64,000 bases of DNA from the human T2T-CHM13v2.0 reference genome, Homo sapiens: NCBI RefSeq assembly GCF_009914755.1, contig NC_060947.1, one strand, 5' to 3'. Made by a program: the position numbers and the translations under genes. The notes under the pieces were generated by a model. The model searched no databases, had not been told where the DNA came from, and worked only from the letters and a program-made list of their open reading frames with translations. The first letter of the stretch is position 1, and every line of letters starts with the position of its first letter. Of the stretch, positions 16,791-31,648 are shown one piece after another.

Positions 16791-18549
16791 GTTTACCGGA
16801 AATTCTAGGGGTGGTGCCTGTGCTAAAAGACTTTTAGTTTTGAAGGAAAGGAAAGTGGAAGATAAACCAAGTATATAAATTCTAAGAAACTGATCTTTTG
16901 TTTTAAATGTGGGGACATCAGCAGTGGTCTTTATAGCCCTTGGTGCCTTCTTACTGAGAAATTTCCCTTAGCACCTATTTTTGTTAGTTTTTAGACCGAA
17001 GAAAGCCAAACACCGTTTTATATTTGACAGTGCTTCCTGTATGATTTTTATACTAGATAAGCTAAATTTCACCTTTATATTAGTGTGTTATTAATGTTAA
17101 ACTCAGTTTTAATAAAACCTTGTAGACATATTTATCCAATTTTAATGTCTGACCATAAGGTAAAATTTTTATAGACTCTGTTTAACCTTTTATAATTTTT
17201 GTTAAAGAGCAGGTTAGTGCTTTAAGAAAAACCTTTTGTGCTTTTATTTTAATGTCCAGTTCACAGAAAGACTGGATGATACCTCTTTAACTTTAGCCAG
17301 TATGTTTACACACAGAATTTCCTTTACAATTAACATTTTAAAAATTGCTCAAACCTTTAAAACAAAATATATTTCTTTAACCTTTTAATGTAGGTAAAAA
17401 TGCACATTCTTATGCCTCCTTTTAATCCTTTTACCAAAGGTATATTTTACTTTCCTTACAAACCTTGCACATAAACTGTTTCTTCAATAGTTTTACATTC
17501 AGGAGGCCTAATTACTTTTAAATTATATAACATTTCTTGCATAAATTCCCTTTTATAACATTTTTTTTCACGACTTTCACAGACAATTCTTTGACATACC
17601 TCAACTTTCTGACTTGTTGCAAACATCCCTTTCTTTAAACAACCAGTTAATTTATTTTAGGACAAGAATTTACCATATAACATTCTTTTTATATAAATTC
17701 TTCCCCTCCCCGCCCCCCCCCCCCTTTTCATTCTTCTCCAAAGTGAACTTCCTTTATGTCTGTGGACTAGACTGCCTAAGGCCACAAGATTAGAAGTTAG
17801 GATAATACATGTTACACTGTTAATTTTTAGCAAACTTTACTTTTGTTGAAAACCTTGTAAGTTTGGGATTTCAGTTATCCTTTGCTATTAATAAGACCTT
17901 GTTTAGTCCAAATTAACTTAGAATTGGTATAGATGGTTCCTTCCTGGTTCTGTAAGTACTTTAAGGCTTGGCTGAGTGCAAACAGCTCCCATATTTGAGC
18001 AGACTAATTATTAGGCAATTTTCCTAATTCTGCTTGTACAAGAGTTGCCCTATCAATTACTGAATACCCATTGTGTCTTTTTCCGTCAATCACCCAGGAG
18101 GAGGGAGGAACTGTCTATCGTCCTGTCCTGAAGGGAGTTCCTCCTAGGTCTGGTCGGACCTTTGTACAGTAATTAAGATTTAGATCCTGTTAGGAAACCT
18201 GCTGGGTTAAGGGAATTTTTAGTGGTTAATGTTGAATTATCCTTCTTTTTTTTTTTTTTTTTTTTTTAACAGAATAGCCTCATACTTTCTTGTGTTAGCA
18301 AAACAGTTGTCGCTACAGATTGAATGTATTAGGGCCATCTGCGGGTTACTGGGTTAAGGATTTTTGATAGGAAGGCTACGAGTTGTCAGTGGCCTCAGTG
18401 CTTTTGGGCTATGCCCTTGTTTACACTGACAAGGTGGTATTGGAGTGTTACAGTGTCACGGAGAAGACCTTCAATTATCAATTATAGGTTTTAAATTTAC
18501 CCTGGCTTTTAAAGGAATAGGGTACACTGTTTTTTCCTTTACTACTTAT

Positions 18550-18860
18550 CTCTCTCTCTCTCTTTCTTTCTCTCTTTGACTGTCTCTCTCTTTGACTCCC
18601 TCTTTGTCTCTGTCTCTTCCTCTCTCTGTCTCTCTTTGACTCCCTCTTTGTCTCTCTGTCTCTTCCTCTCTCTCTCTGCCTTTTTTTCCTCTCTCCCCTG
18701 CCTTCTCCTCTCTCTCCCCTCTCTCTCTCTTCTCCCCCTTCTCCCCCTTCCACCCCCTCTTCCACCCCCGCTTCTCTCTCTCTCTTTCCTTTCTGCTGGT
18801 TTTTCCCTGCCTCTGCCAGACGCTTATGCTGCTGTTCTCCCCTCTCTTTCCCCTTTTACC
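18550..18860. repeat. CT-rich polypyrimidine tract inside the provirus
   Basis: About 300 bp of nearly pure C/T seen directly. Confidence 0.85.
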
Positions 18861-18899
18861 CCGGAGAGGGACTCAAGATAAAAGAGACAGAGCCCCTGA

Positions 18900-20599
18900 C
18901 CTCCCTATTCTTCGTTGAAAGTCATGAGCGGAAGGGCTTCTTTTGTCCTTTCTTAGTTCAGGACATCCTCTCTTGAAGTGGCCTGTTCTTCGACATCAAT
19001 AGCACCTATCTTGTCCTTCCTCCTTAGTTCTGGGATTCTTTAACCCTGCTCCACCATACTCTTTAGGGGGCCTGGTAGATGAGGACCTTGGTCCTCCAGA
19101 TGGAGACTGGGGTCCTTTAAAAGAGGGTTTGGACCCTTTATAGTTTCTAGCTCCCTGGAAACTGTCTAGAAGTACCTGGGTTTGGAGCCATCTGTTGGAA
19201 GGTAGAAAACGTAAGTTTTGTCTTTTGTTTCTGTTTTTCTTCATCCCTTTTCACATATACTTTCTGAGCTTCCCTGAGAAGCTCACTTAGGGGACGGTCT
19301 TCTCAACTGTCTATGTTTTGTAACTTTTTTGAAATGTCTGGCCAACTTTTAGTGACAAATTGGAGTTTCAACATTCCTAGCCCAAGGGGATCATCCAAAT
19401 TGAGGCCTGCATATTGCCTCATTTGCTCCCTCAGTCTGTCTAGGAATCTCATAGGCCCTTCATCCTTTTCCTGTTGTATGTCAAATGCTTTAGAAAGATT
19501 TCGGGTTCGGGGTACTGACTCCCGAATTCCTTTTATTATTGTCTCTCTTAGATCCTGCATATTTTCCTGTTGATCTGCTTTGTTATTGTCCCACCAGGGG
19601 TCTCAGGCGGGGAATTTCTGGTCCGCGGTAGGAACGTTTTCACCAGGAGGATGCTCACATTCCCAAACTACCATAGCAGCCCTACAAATCATACTCCTTT
19701 CTTCTCCTGAAAAGAGGATGCCCAAGATGGACATTAACTCGACCCAAGTGTATAACTGAGGTCCTAAGAATTGGGCAATTTGGTCTGCCACTCCATAAGG
19801 GTTATCTAGTAGTGGTTTAAGCTCCTTTTTAAAATTCTAGACTTTGGTTAAGGGAGCATTTACAAAGCCAGTGGCCCCCCCCTCCTTATGGTACCTCTTT
19901 CAAAGGGAAGAGGGTTGGGCCTCTTAGGTATGGAGGGAAATGGGAAATTCTGAATATCTTTTTTACATTGTTCTACCTCACGCTGGAGTCCTTTTAGAGA
20001 GGGGTCTTTAGGTTGGGAGGGAATGGGCTGGTGGGACGGTAATTCCCAAGAGTCAGAGTTATAAGGAGGAGGGATAACGTGAGTGGAGGTGGAATTTGGA
20101 ATGGGATCTGAGGAGGCAGTGGCTGTCTGAGGGGAAAGATTGGGGACACTGAGTGGGGGAAGATAGTCTAGGGGATCCCATGCGCTGGAGTCTTTAGGCA
20201 TGAGAGCTGGCTCCTCTGACTTTTCATTTTGAGGTGCCAGATTGGGTTCTTCCCTATTTGTTTTTAAGGGAAAAAGGAGGGCAGGTCCATGCCTCCAACA
20301 GAGGGCATAGCCTAGTTCTTCTGAGACACTCGACTTTTATCATTAACATGTCGGATTAGAAGCTGACACATTACATCCTCATTCGATCTAAACTTTGGCC
20401 AGAAGATTGAGGGTTTGAGGATGGGTCTTTGAGTCTAAATTAAACAGCAATATTTTATCATTTGTTGCTTTTTCCTATGTTTAGTCCTTTCGTTATCCTT
20501 CCAGTGTTTTAGCTTGAGACCTAGGGGGCTATCTGGGGGGATATCTTTGTTACCATCTTTATCCCTCTTGCTCCCTGTCTTGCTTGGGTTATTTCCCAT
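18900..20599 (-). pseudogene. ERV gag, disrupted
   Basis: MGNNPSK myristoylation-type start, PPPY late domain, MHR-like QQEKDEGPMRFLDRL, degenerate CCHC knuckle near 18960-19010. Confidence 0.88.
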
Positions 20600-21157
20600 C
20601 TTGATGGTTTTGGGGTAAGTTTCAAGGTTCAATTTCCCTTACTGAAAATTTGTCACCTTTTGTGGGGAGGCTCAATTTCCCCCACTGGAAATTTCTCACC
20701 TTTTCTACTACTGGAGGTTCGTGTGAAGTTCAGTCCCCTCCAATGGGCATGTCTCACCTCTTTTTAACCTGTAAGCCACCCCAACCAAGGAGTACTTCAC
20801 CTCACCCCCCCACCCCCCCACCCCCCCCACCCCCCACCACCCACCACCCACCACCCACCACCCACCACCCGGCTTTCTTACCTTGGTCCCTACCACCAAG
20901 GAAATACTTTACCGGCTCCTGTGGCTTCTCCTTCCTTGGTCTGTGTACAGTCATCAGTGTGGTATGTGAGAATCCTTTAAGCTAGGTTACTGGCCAGTCC
21001 CCCCCAGCCCTGCGCCCCCCCCCGCCGCCATGTTGCCAAGAGCTTGGGTTATTCCTCGCACTGGGTGAGTTCTGATTTCTCACCCCTGAGGTGACCACAA
21101 GGGGCAGGGCATGCCTCCTCATGAGGGAGAACCAGAGACTGTCGGGAGGGGAATGTA

Positions 21158-21175
21158 ATCATGGGTGAGCCCCCA
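21158..21175 (-). promoter_or_regulatory. Primer binding site, tRNA-Pro-like
   Basis: TGGGGGCTCACCCATGAT, 3 nt from the 5' LTR; 14/18 match to the Pro PBS TGGGGGCTCGTCCGGGAT. Confidence 0.75.
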
Positions 21176-21178
21176 AAT

Positions 21179-22451
<1,273 letters not shown>

Positions 22452-23048
22452 CTGGGTGATTGGATTAGTAAATCTTTGGGCATCTACTCTATGGAAGTGC
22501 GCCCTGTGCTAGGTGATAACAAGGAATACAGGCAGTGATCACTCCTGCCTTTATGGCATTTTTATTTGATCGGATGGAGTTTAGTCAACACACAAGTAAC
22601 AAATATATGGTGTAATAGTTAAGAGTGAGCTCTGGAGACTGACCTAGTTTCAGTTCCTATGTCTGCTAGTTAGTACCTGTTTCCTTGAGTAAATTGCTTA
22701 TTCTCTGATGCAGTTTCTTCATTCTATAAATGAAGCCCTCTACCACCACATAAGGTTTTTTAGAACCTTTTGAAAGAGTTGATGTTAGATATTGCATAAA
22801 ACTAAGTTTTTACTGTTACATAATAATGTCAGATGATAGAGACGTTGCAGTAAGACCAAATTTAGAGGTTGGAAAAATCACCTCTAGTTTGAGGTGGGAC
22901 AAGAAGCAAAGCTTTCATGGGGAAGGTGGCATTTAAATGGATCTTGAATGATTAATAGAATTTATAGGGTGGTGGGGATTGAATAAGATTTCCTAGAGGG
23001 AGAAGAATGAAGTTGGGAGAATGTACAGTGTGTCCTGAAATCAGAAAT

Positions 23049-23259
<211 letters not shown>

Positions 23260-23913
23260 TCATATTTCTATAGTACGCTCACTCCACCCTGTCCAGGCAG
23301 TTGCCTAAATAGATGTTAAGATGTTGCTCCCTTTCCTTTCACAACCACCCTCACCCCCACACCCCCATTGTCTTTCAAATCTTGACTTTTTAGGTAGAAC
23401 ACTAAATGACTCTGGATTAACTATTACCACTTTTACCACATTCTGAATATCCATGCCTCCTCTCCCCCACCCTCTAGATTGCATACTTCTTGAGAGCAGG
23501 GGAAGTATATTTTATTCAGATTGGTTTGTTTAACCCTTGAGAATTGTCCCTGGCACCAAGTAAATGCTCAGATTATTTCAGGGGATGGGATAGTAGATGA
23601 ATGATCCTGATTAAAAACAGTTTCAACTAAATTTAAAATTAAAAAAAATTTAAACAGGAAATTTAAAAATGGATGTTGTCTGAGACCTTTGTGACTCCTG
23701 GAATTTGTGAATACTTCTGTAATATAATTTCCTCATTCGGAAAATTGGGGGTAATGAGGACTTAATAAAATGAAATTACCATATTTTTACATTTGACAAT
23801 GTATTTAAGAAACTTAGTGTTTCTAGAAAGATACTTAGAATTCAAAGGAAATGCACAATATAATTTTAGGACAAACTTTAGCATTTTTAAAAAGCAAGAA
23901 AAGTCACTCAGCT

Positions 23914-24477
23914 TGTTACTGGAAAGGGGTCCTGATCCAAACCCCAGGTTGGATCTCACGCAAGAAAGAATTCGAGGATAATCCAGAGTAAAGTGAAAGC
24001 AAGTTTATTAAGAAAGTAAAGGAATATCTGCTCATCTGACAATACTTACAGTTATTTCTTGATTATATGCTAAACAAGGGGTGAATTATTCATTAGTTTT
24101 CCAGGAAAGCAGTGGGCAATTCCCAGAACTGAGGGTTCCTCACCTTTTTAGACCTTACAGAGTTCTGACGTTGTGATAGTGCTGCTAGGAGTGTCTTTTA
24201 GCATACTAATGCATTATAATTAGTGTATAATGAGCAGTGAGGACGACCAGAGGTCACTTTTGTTGCCATCTTGGTTTTGGTGGCTTTTGGCTGGCTTCTT
24301 TACTGCAACCTGTTTTTATCAGCAAGGTCTTTGTGACCTGTATCTTGTGCCAACCTCCAGTCTCATCCTGTGACTAAGAATGCCTAACCTCCTGGGAATG
24401 CAGCTCAGTAGGTCACAGTCTTACGTTACCCAGCCCCTATTCAAGATGGAGTTCTTCTGGTTCAAATGCCTCTGACA
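23914..24477 (-). mobile_element. Solo MER41 LTR (MER41B-like)
   Basis: Minus strand starts TGTCAGAGGCATTTGAACCAGA...; perfect TSD AGCT at 23910-23913 and 24478-24481. Confidence 0.9.
24099..24128. promoter_or_regulatory. Tandem GAS (STAT) motifs
   Basis: TTCCAGGAA at 24099-24107 and TTCCCAGAA at 24120-24128, both matching TTCN3GAA. Confidence 0.75.
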
Positions 24478-24569
24478 AGCTGTTTACATTTTGGGCTTTA
24501 AACATCATTGGTTCTTTTTCTCAACTAATGAATTACAGAAGTTGTAGTATAATTACCCTAGTTCCTTCA

Positions 24570-24812
24570 TACTTAGGGCAAGATGACTCTGAGAAATGTT
24601 CCATACTGTCTCCCAGAGATCTCCAGCAGGCTTGAGTCCCAGTTGCCTAGAGTCATAATCAGCTCCATAATGCATCCTTTATTGGCATACTTTCCTTTCC
24701 TGACTCACTTCTTTACTTCATTAAAGGTATTTCCTCAGATACTTCTCAAATAAACTACTTGTACAAAAACCTTTATCTCACAGTCTTTCTTGGGAGATGC
24801 AACGCAGGCAGC
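24570..24812 (+). mobile_element. LTR16-like ERVL LTR fragment
   Basis: CAAATAAACTACTTGTAC...TCTCACAGTCTTTCTTGGGAG resembles the LTR16 3' end. Confidence 0.55.
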
Positions 24813-25039
24813 ATGACAAGCATTGTAATAATAGTTAAAATTTTGAAGTTTTAGAAATCAGAGACATTTGTAATTTGAAGCTTATAATTTCGAAGAAGAA
24901 ATTTGTTCACACAGATCAGTATGAAAGCTTTACCTTCTTTTTTAATAGGGAAGATTTACTAAAATAGATTTGCTTGGTTATTGATAAAACATATACTGGG
25001 TACTCAAACATTTGCTGTTTTTGAAAATAAGGAGTAGGA

Positions 25040-25192
25040 TCTGGGCATGGTGTCACATGCCTTTAGTCCCAGCTACTTGGGAGACTGAGGTGGGAGGATT
25101 GCTTGAGCCCAGGAGTTTGAGGCTGCAGTGAGCTGTGATCGCGTTGGGGTGACAGAGCGAGACCTTGTCTCTTTAAAAAAAAAAGAAAAAAA
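25040..25192 (+). mobile_element. FRAM/AluJ monomer
   Basis: Single-arm Alu with A tail. Confidence 0.85.
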
Positions 25193-25811
25193 ATCATGGA
25201 GTTATATAAATATAAATTATATAAATAGCTGGATCCTATTAGGAGTCCAGAGGTCAAAGTTAGTCAGGATAAGTGTTGACACATGTCTTGTTTCATACTG
25301 CAAAAGGAGTCAATGATATTTAAAGCACAAGATGTTAATGCCTAGGTGATGATTGGCATGATGCTATTTTTCTTAAATACTAAAATTTGTTTTAGGTTTA
25401 TACTGTGCATTTCCTTTGAATTCTAACTACCTTCCTGGCAGTACTAAATATAAAATTAAATCCAATTCAAGAAACAAAAAGAACCAGAGGAAGAATGTAG
25501 ATACAAGCAAGAGAGAATAGGATAACATAGGCTGAGCATTCTCTTATTCCTGAAGAATAGATTTTTAATTTTAGATTTGACCATAGAATTTCTGCTAGTA
25601 AATATTTTTATTTCAGGGCTGGAATACCTCTCTAAGTTGATTGGAATCTGTGCCATCTGATCACTGTTATTTTGGTGTTTTAAAAATATATTGTAATGCA
25701 TGATAGAATTTTAGGACTTAAAACATCTTGGATACCGTATTTTACAATAATAACATCATATATGTTAGATACAAGTATTTTTCCTAAAAATCTTTTTCCC
25801 TTCCTTTACAG

Positions 25812-25870
25812 AATGCTGCCTTTTTATATGGTCTTGGTTTGGTCTACTTCCATTATAATGCATTTCAGTG
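25812..25870 (+). CDS. KDM6A: KDM6A/UTX coding exon (probably exon 5), 59 bp, TPR region
   Basis: Acceptor ttcctttacAG and donor GTaagt. Translates NAAFLYGLGLVYFHYNAFQ(W) and is in frame with the next exon. Peptide recognised as UTX. Confidence 0.97.
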
Positions 25871-26561
25871 GTAAGTTGACATAAAACCAGTAATTCAGTC
25901 ATTTTCAGTAAATGGCTTGTTTGCTTGTTTTGTTTGTGCTTGATTTTTTGTGTGTGTGTGTAATAAATAGAAAATTTAGTGTCATTAAACCTACACTTTT
26001 CAGTAATCTTTTGAAATGATTAGATTGTTCCTTGAAGGGTGTTGGCTCACCTTAGATTTTTAGAGTTGTATGTTTTCCTGAAAGAATCTAGTATAAGATT
26101 CTGTTGAAGAAGGCTTAGATTAGAAAGCTTTTTGGAATTTCTTAGTCATTCATTATGGACTGGTGTTCCCCAAGTTATTTGAACTGGTGAATCACTGTGA
26201 TCTCAGAAGTCAAGATATGTGGGTAAATGGTCTATGATGGCTAGTTTTCAGACTTCTAGACAAGATTGACCACTTCTCCCTTCCACATACCAGCTAGCAC
26301 TTTCCAATATCCAGTAACTAGGCACCAACTCATAAACTCTCAGTTCTCTGTAGAATAGTACCACTTCAGAGTTGGAGATTAAATATAATAATAGTAATAT
26401 ATAAGATTTTCTAAACTGTAAAGTGAAGTACCCTGTAATATTATGACCTTTGCCCCATTGTTGTTTTTCTGTTTACCAGACAATAGTATGCACTAATGGG
26501 GTAAAAAGGCATATAGTTTTAGTTGAAAGATTGGTATTGTTGTCACAGCATTGCCACTTAG

Positions 26562-26966
<405 letters not shown>

Positions 26967-26991
26967 TAGCAGTCACTTGCCTTTCCTATAG

Positions 26992-27351
<360 letters not shown>

Positions 27352-29912
27352 TGACATTTTTTATTTTTAGTGTATCTGACCTTTTCAGAGTCCCTTCTGT
27401 GCTCCAGAATTTTAAGCTCACGGGTGAGTTCTGTGGGAGTCCAAAGGAAGGTGATTGAGTGGCAAAATGTTACAACTCTGTCATATACCTATTGGGCACC
27501 CTGAATACTTATTACAGAGCATTTACATATGCATTGACAGTGATTTTATATGGTTTCCCTAAAGAGGAGGCTTTATACATGGATGGTTTTTCCTAGTATC
27601 CTTTTTCTTCCCTCTTAGCTTTTGGTCTTGTTGGCTTTTGATCATGTGTGGAAGCACTGCTTTGTTAGAGAATACCTGTGTGTATATAGTGTATTATAAT
27701 GATTCAGATCACTGGTTTTCTTTGTAAATCTTAGGAAGGTATAATTGATTTTTATGAAGAAGCTTTGTAATTTTATTCTCTATTAAATTATCCTAAATAA
27801 AGCCTCCTAACTTCATGTTCAGTGTATTGTATTTAAAACCAAAGATAGATTAGGACTGTTTTAAAATCTTTCAGTTTCTTTAATAGCCTACTTATAGAAT
27901 TCAAATTCTAAACTTCTAGAATTAGAAGTAGTCTTAGAGATAATTTAGTTTTTCCCCCTTAATTTTGTAGATGGAGAAAGCAAGGGGGTGTGTGTGTGTG
28001 TTAGTCAGTATTACATAACTGTTGAGTGGCAGAAGCAAGCTTATGCTCATAGTCTCCAATCAAATATTTTATTGTACTCTGTCCCCAGGTTTTAAGATTG
28101 AGAGGTGGTTATTATTTAATCAGTATTTGTCATTGTTCACTTGAGCACATTGATATAATCTTTATGGCCAACTAGAAATAATTTAGGTGACACCTGAGGG
28201 GAGGAACTCTTCTGTTCTACCTCATACCAGCCAGTTTTCGCATACCTATGGCAATTTGTAAGCCTCTCTGTGTACTGGGGTTAAGAACATAAAATTAGTA
28301 ATGAGGTGAACCTGTCAATAGTTCAAATGTTGATTGCTTTAATAAGCATGTGGCCATGTTAAGTTAGCAGGCTTGTAGCTGTGATTCCTTATCTACATAT
28401 GATTTCTATATTTTTCAGTTGACCTAAGAAATGAAACTGAATGATATAAGGACAATGCAATGTCTACATTAATAAGTGCCCCCTGCTCTGTTGATCCTGT
28501 TCTGGTTACCATCATTTTCTCATGTCTTGAGTTTCAATTCTTATAGCTGCTTCCTAAAATGATACATCTCACACCCTATCTTATGAATTCACTCTGGCTG
28601 TGTTTTTCTCTTGCTAATCAAATGTTCTTTCACAAATTTGCCTCACATTTTTGCTTTAACTTGATATTTCTTTAACAGCTATAAAATTAGAAAGTATGGG
28701 GTAGGTGCTTGGTGATAGTTTTAGAGTACAGCCTTAATTGATTGGAGCTTATTTAGGTTAAAACTACTTTTGTGTTTTATTTGTAGATACTTGCTGATTA
28801 CTGGGATCAGGAATGTTTTAGTTACATGTCAGGTTCTTTGGGATCTATTGAGAAATGTTTCTGGGGATGAGTATGGGTTCTTGTTTTGTATTGTCAGCAT
28901 GAAGAATCTGCCTATGATGTTTCAGAGTGTTGTATCTCTGGTACATTTATAATTTAAGTAAAATTTGGTATTTGCTAATTGTGTCTGTTGGCATTTGTTG
29001 AGGTTAAGCATTTTATGATAATGTGTGTGACCAACGTGTGTCTGAGTTGGTGACTTAAAATATTGAGAGCAATTTTATTAGTTATAGTGTTACTCTTAAC
29101 CTATTGTCATCTTATGCTACCTATTTTTTATTTCAGAGTTGATTTTATTGGTCAGCCTCTAGATAGTTCAATTATTTGGTCAGTTTTTCCAGTATCAGTT
29201 GCAGCCTCTTCTTAGACAGAGGAGCCCAGTCAACTGTTCCATCCTCATTGGACTTACGGTAACAGCTATGCTGTTATTTTACTCAGTAATCTGGGACCAA
29301 ACTTAAAAGATGCCCAGAAGGATAAAGGAAGACATAGAAGCAGAGTGTAAAATATATGCAGCAGAGTGCTAGAAACCAGTCTCTAAAAAGCCATTGCTTT
29401 ACATGTGCATGCATGCAAGCCCCTGCATTCACTTGTTCTTATTCATTAAGGTGGCTCTTTGCTAGGGGATACCTTGAACTGAGCTCCTTGCCTTTGGAAG
29501 GAAACCTATATCCTAGGGTGAGAGTAAGTGAAATACAAAGCAAGGAAAAGTTAGACTAAAAAAAGATAGTTGGGGGAAAAGATAAAGTCAGTACAATAGA
29601 AATCATTCTTCCTTGTATAGCTTATAGCCATCTCTCTAAATATATCTTCCTAAGAATCCTTATTAACTATCTCTGTCCTGTAACCTTTTTCCTTCTTTCC
29701 ATTCCATTGATCAATATCAGAATGGTCTTATGGCAGCAAATGTAAGAGATACTGTGCTAGAAGCATAGGATTTTGGAAATTAAGCCCCCAAATATAATTG
29801 ACAGGCTTAATAAGGAAATGTGATAATTATTACTTTGACATAAAAAAGGATTAGGAGAATGAGGTAGAAATGAATTCAGAAAGACAGAAATATTAACAAA
29901 TTACTACTAAAG

Positions 29913-30302
<390 letters not shown>

Positions 30303-31294
30303 TAGTCACAAGTGTTCTTAGGGGTGTAGGAATTTCTACTCTCCTGTATAGTCACTGCTTTGGGTTCAGTAAAGAAAAAGAATAGTGGTTTTAATGATGT
30401 TCTTACAGCTTTTTGATGGAACGAAAGAATAATGCAACATAGACCTAATGCATGGTGGTACCATTGATTCTGAGGCTTGTCTAGCATGGAGCCTGGCAAA
30501 CGTTGTATTTTTGAGCTATCATGATACAAACATACTCTTACATTTCCATTGAAATTAAGCAGTTAATGTTAACATGTTTTGAGTTTATTATATATACTTT
30601 TATTTTGGAAAATAGCAGATTTAAGGCAGTTCTGATAAAGTTACACTTAAACAGTGATACATAGATTGCCAGATAAATTTTGGAAGGGCTTTGATTAATT
30701 AGGCTTCAGGGAAATTGTGAATAAAAACATAAATCTTGCAATAGGGTAGGGGAAAGAAAATAATCCCACTCCTGAAGTGATGAAATGAAGAGTGGCTAGA
30801 GAGGAGAAAAGAACCAGGACAGGTGATATATTAGCAACTGTCAGTGTGAATAATCCAGGGTATGACATTTCTAATTTAGCCTCACATTTAAGGTCATTTC
30901 TGATTCAACCTCAAATGATCCTTCTAGCCTACTGCTCCCCTAAATATTAATATATTCTTTGTGCCAGTCACAGTGTATTAACATTTCCCTGAAAACATCT
31001 TAAGCATTTTTTTTAACCTATGTGACTTTTGCCTTCTTCCATCTCAACCTTTTAAAATCTTACCTACCTGTCCCTTACTTCATCAAATGTTTCTAATTAT
31101 TTAGAAACAACTTCTAAATTTCCTAATATATATGTATATCTGTGTTGTGTATGTATGTGTTATAACTAAATTAGAGCTAAAATATTCTTTTATTAGTATG
31201 AAAATTTGTGGAATTAGTTGATTTATCCCTTCATATATCTCTGTGAGAAATCTCTTGTTCAGCCTGTTAGCCTCAGAGAACTTAAAGTTTTATT

Positions 31295-31648
<354 letters not shown>

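Noticed and set aside
25696-25884. 62-aa ORF overlapping exon 5
   Set aside because: It is in a different frame from the spliced KDM6A reading frame and has no recognisable homology.
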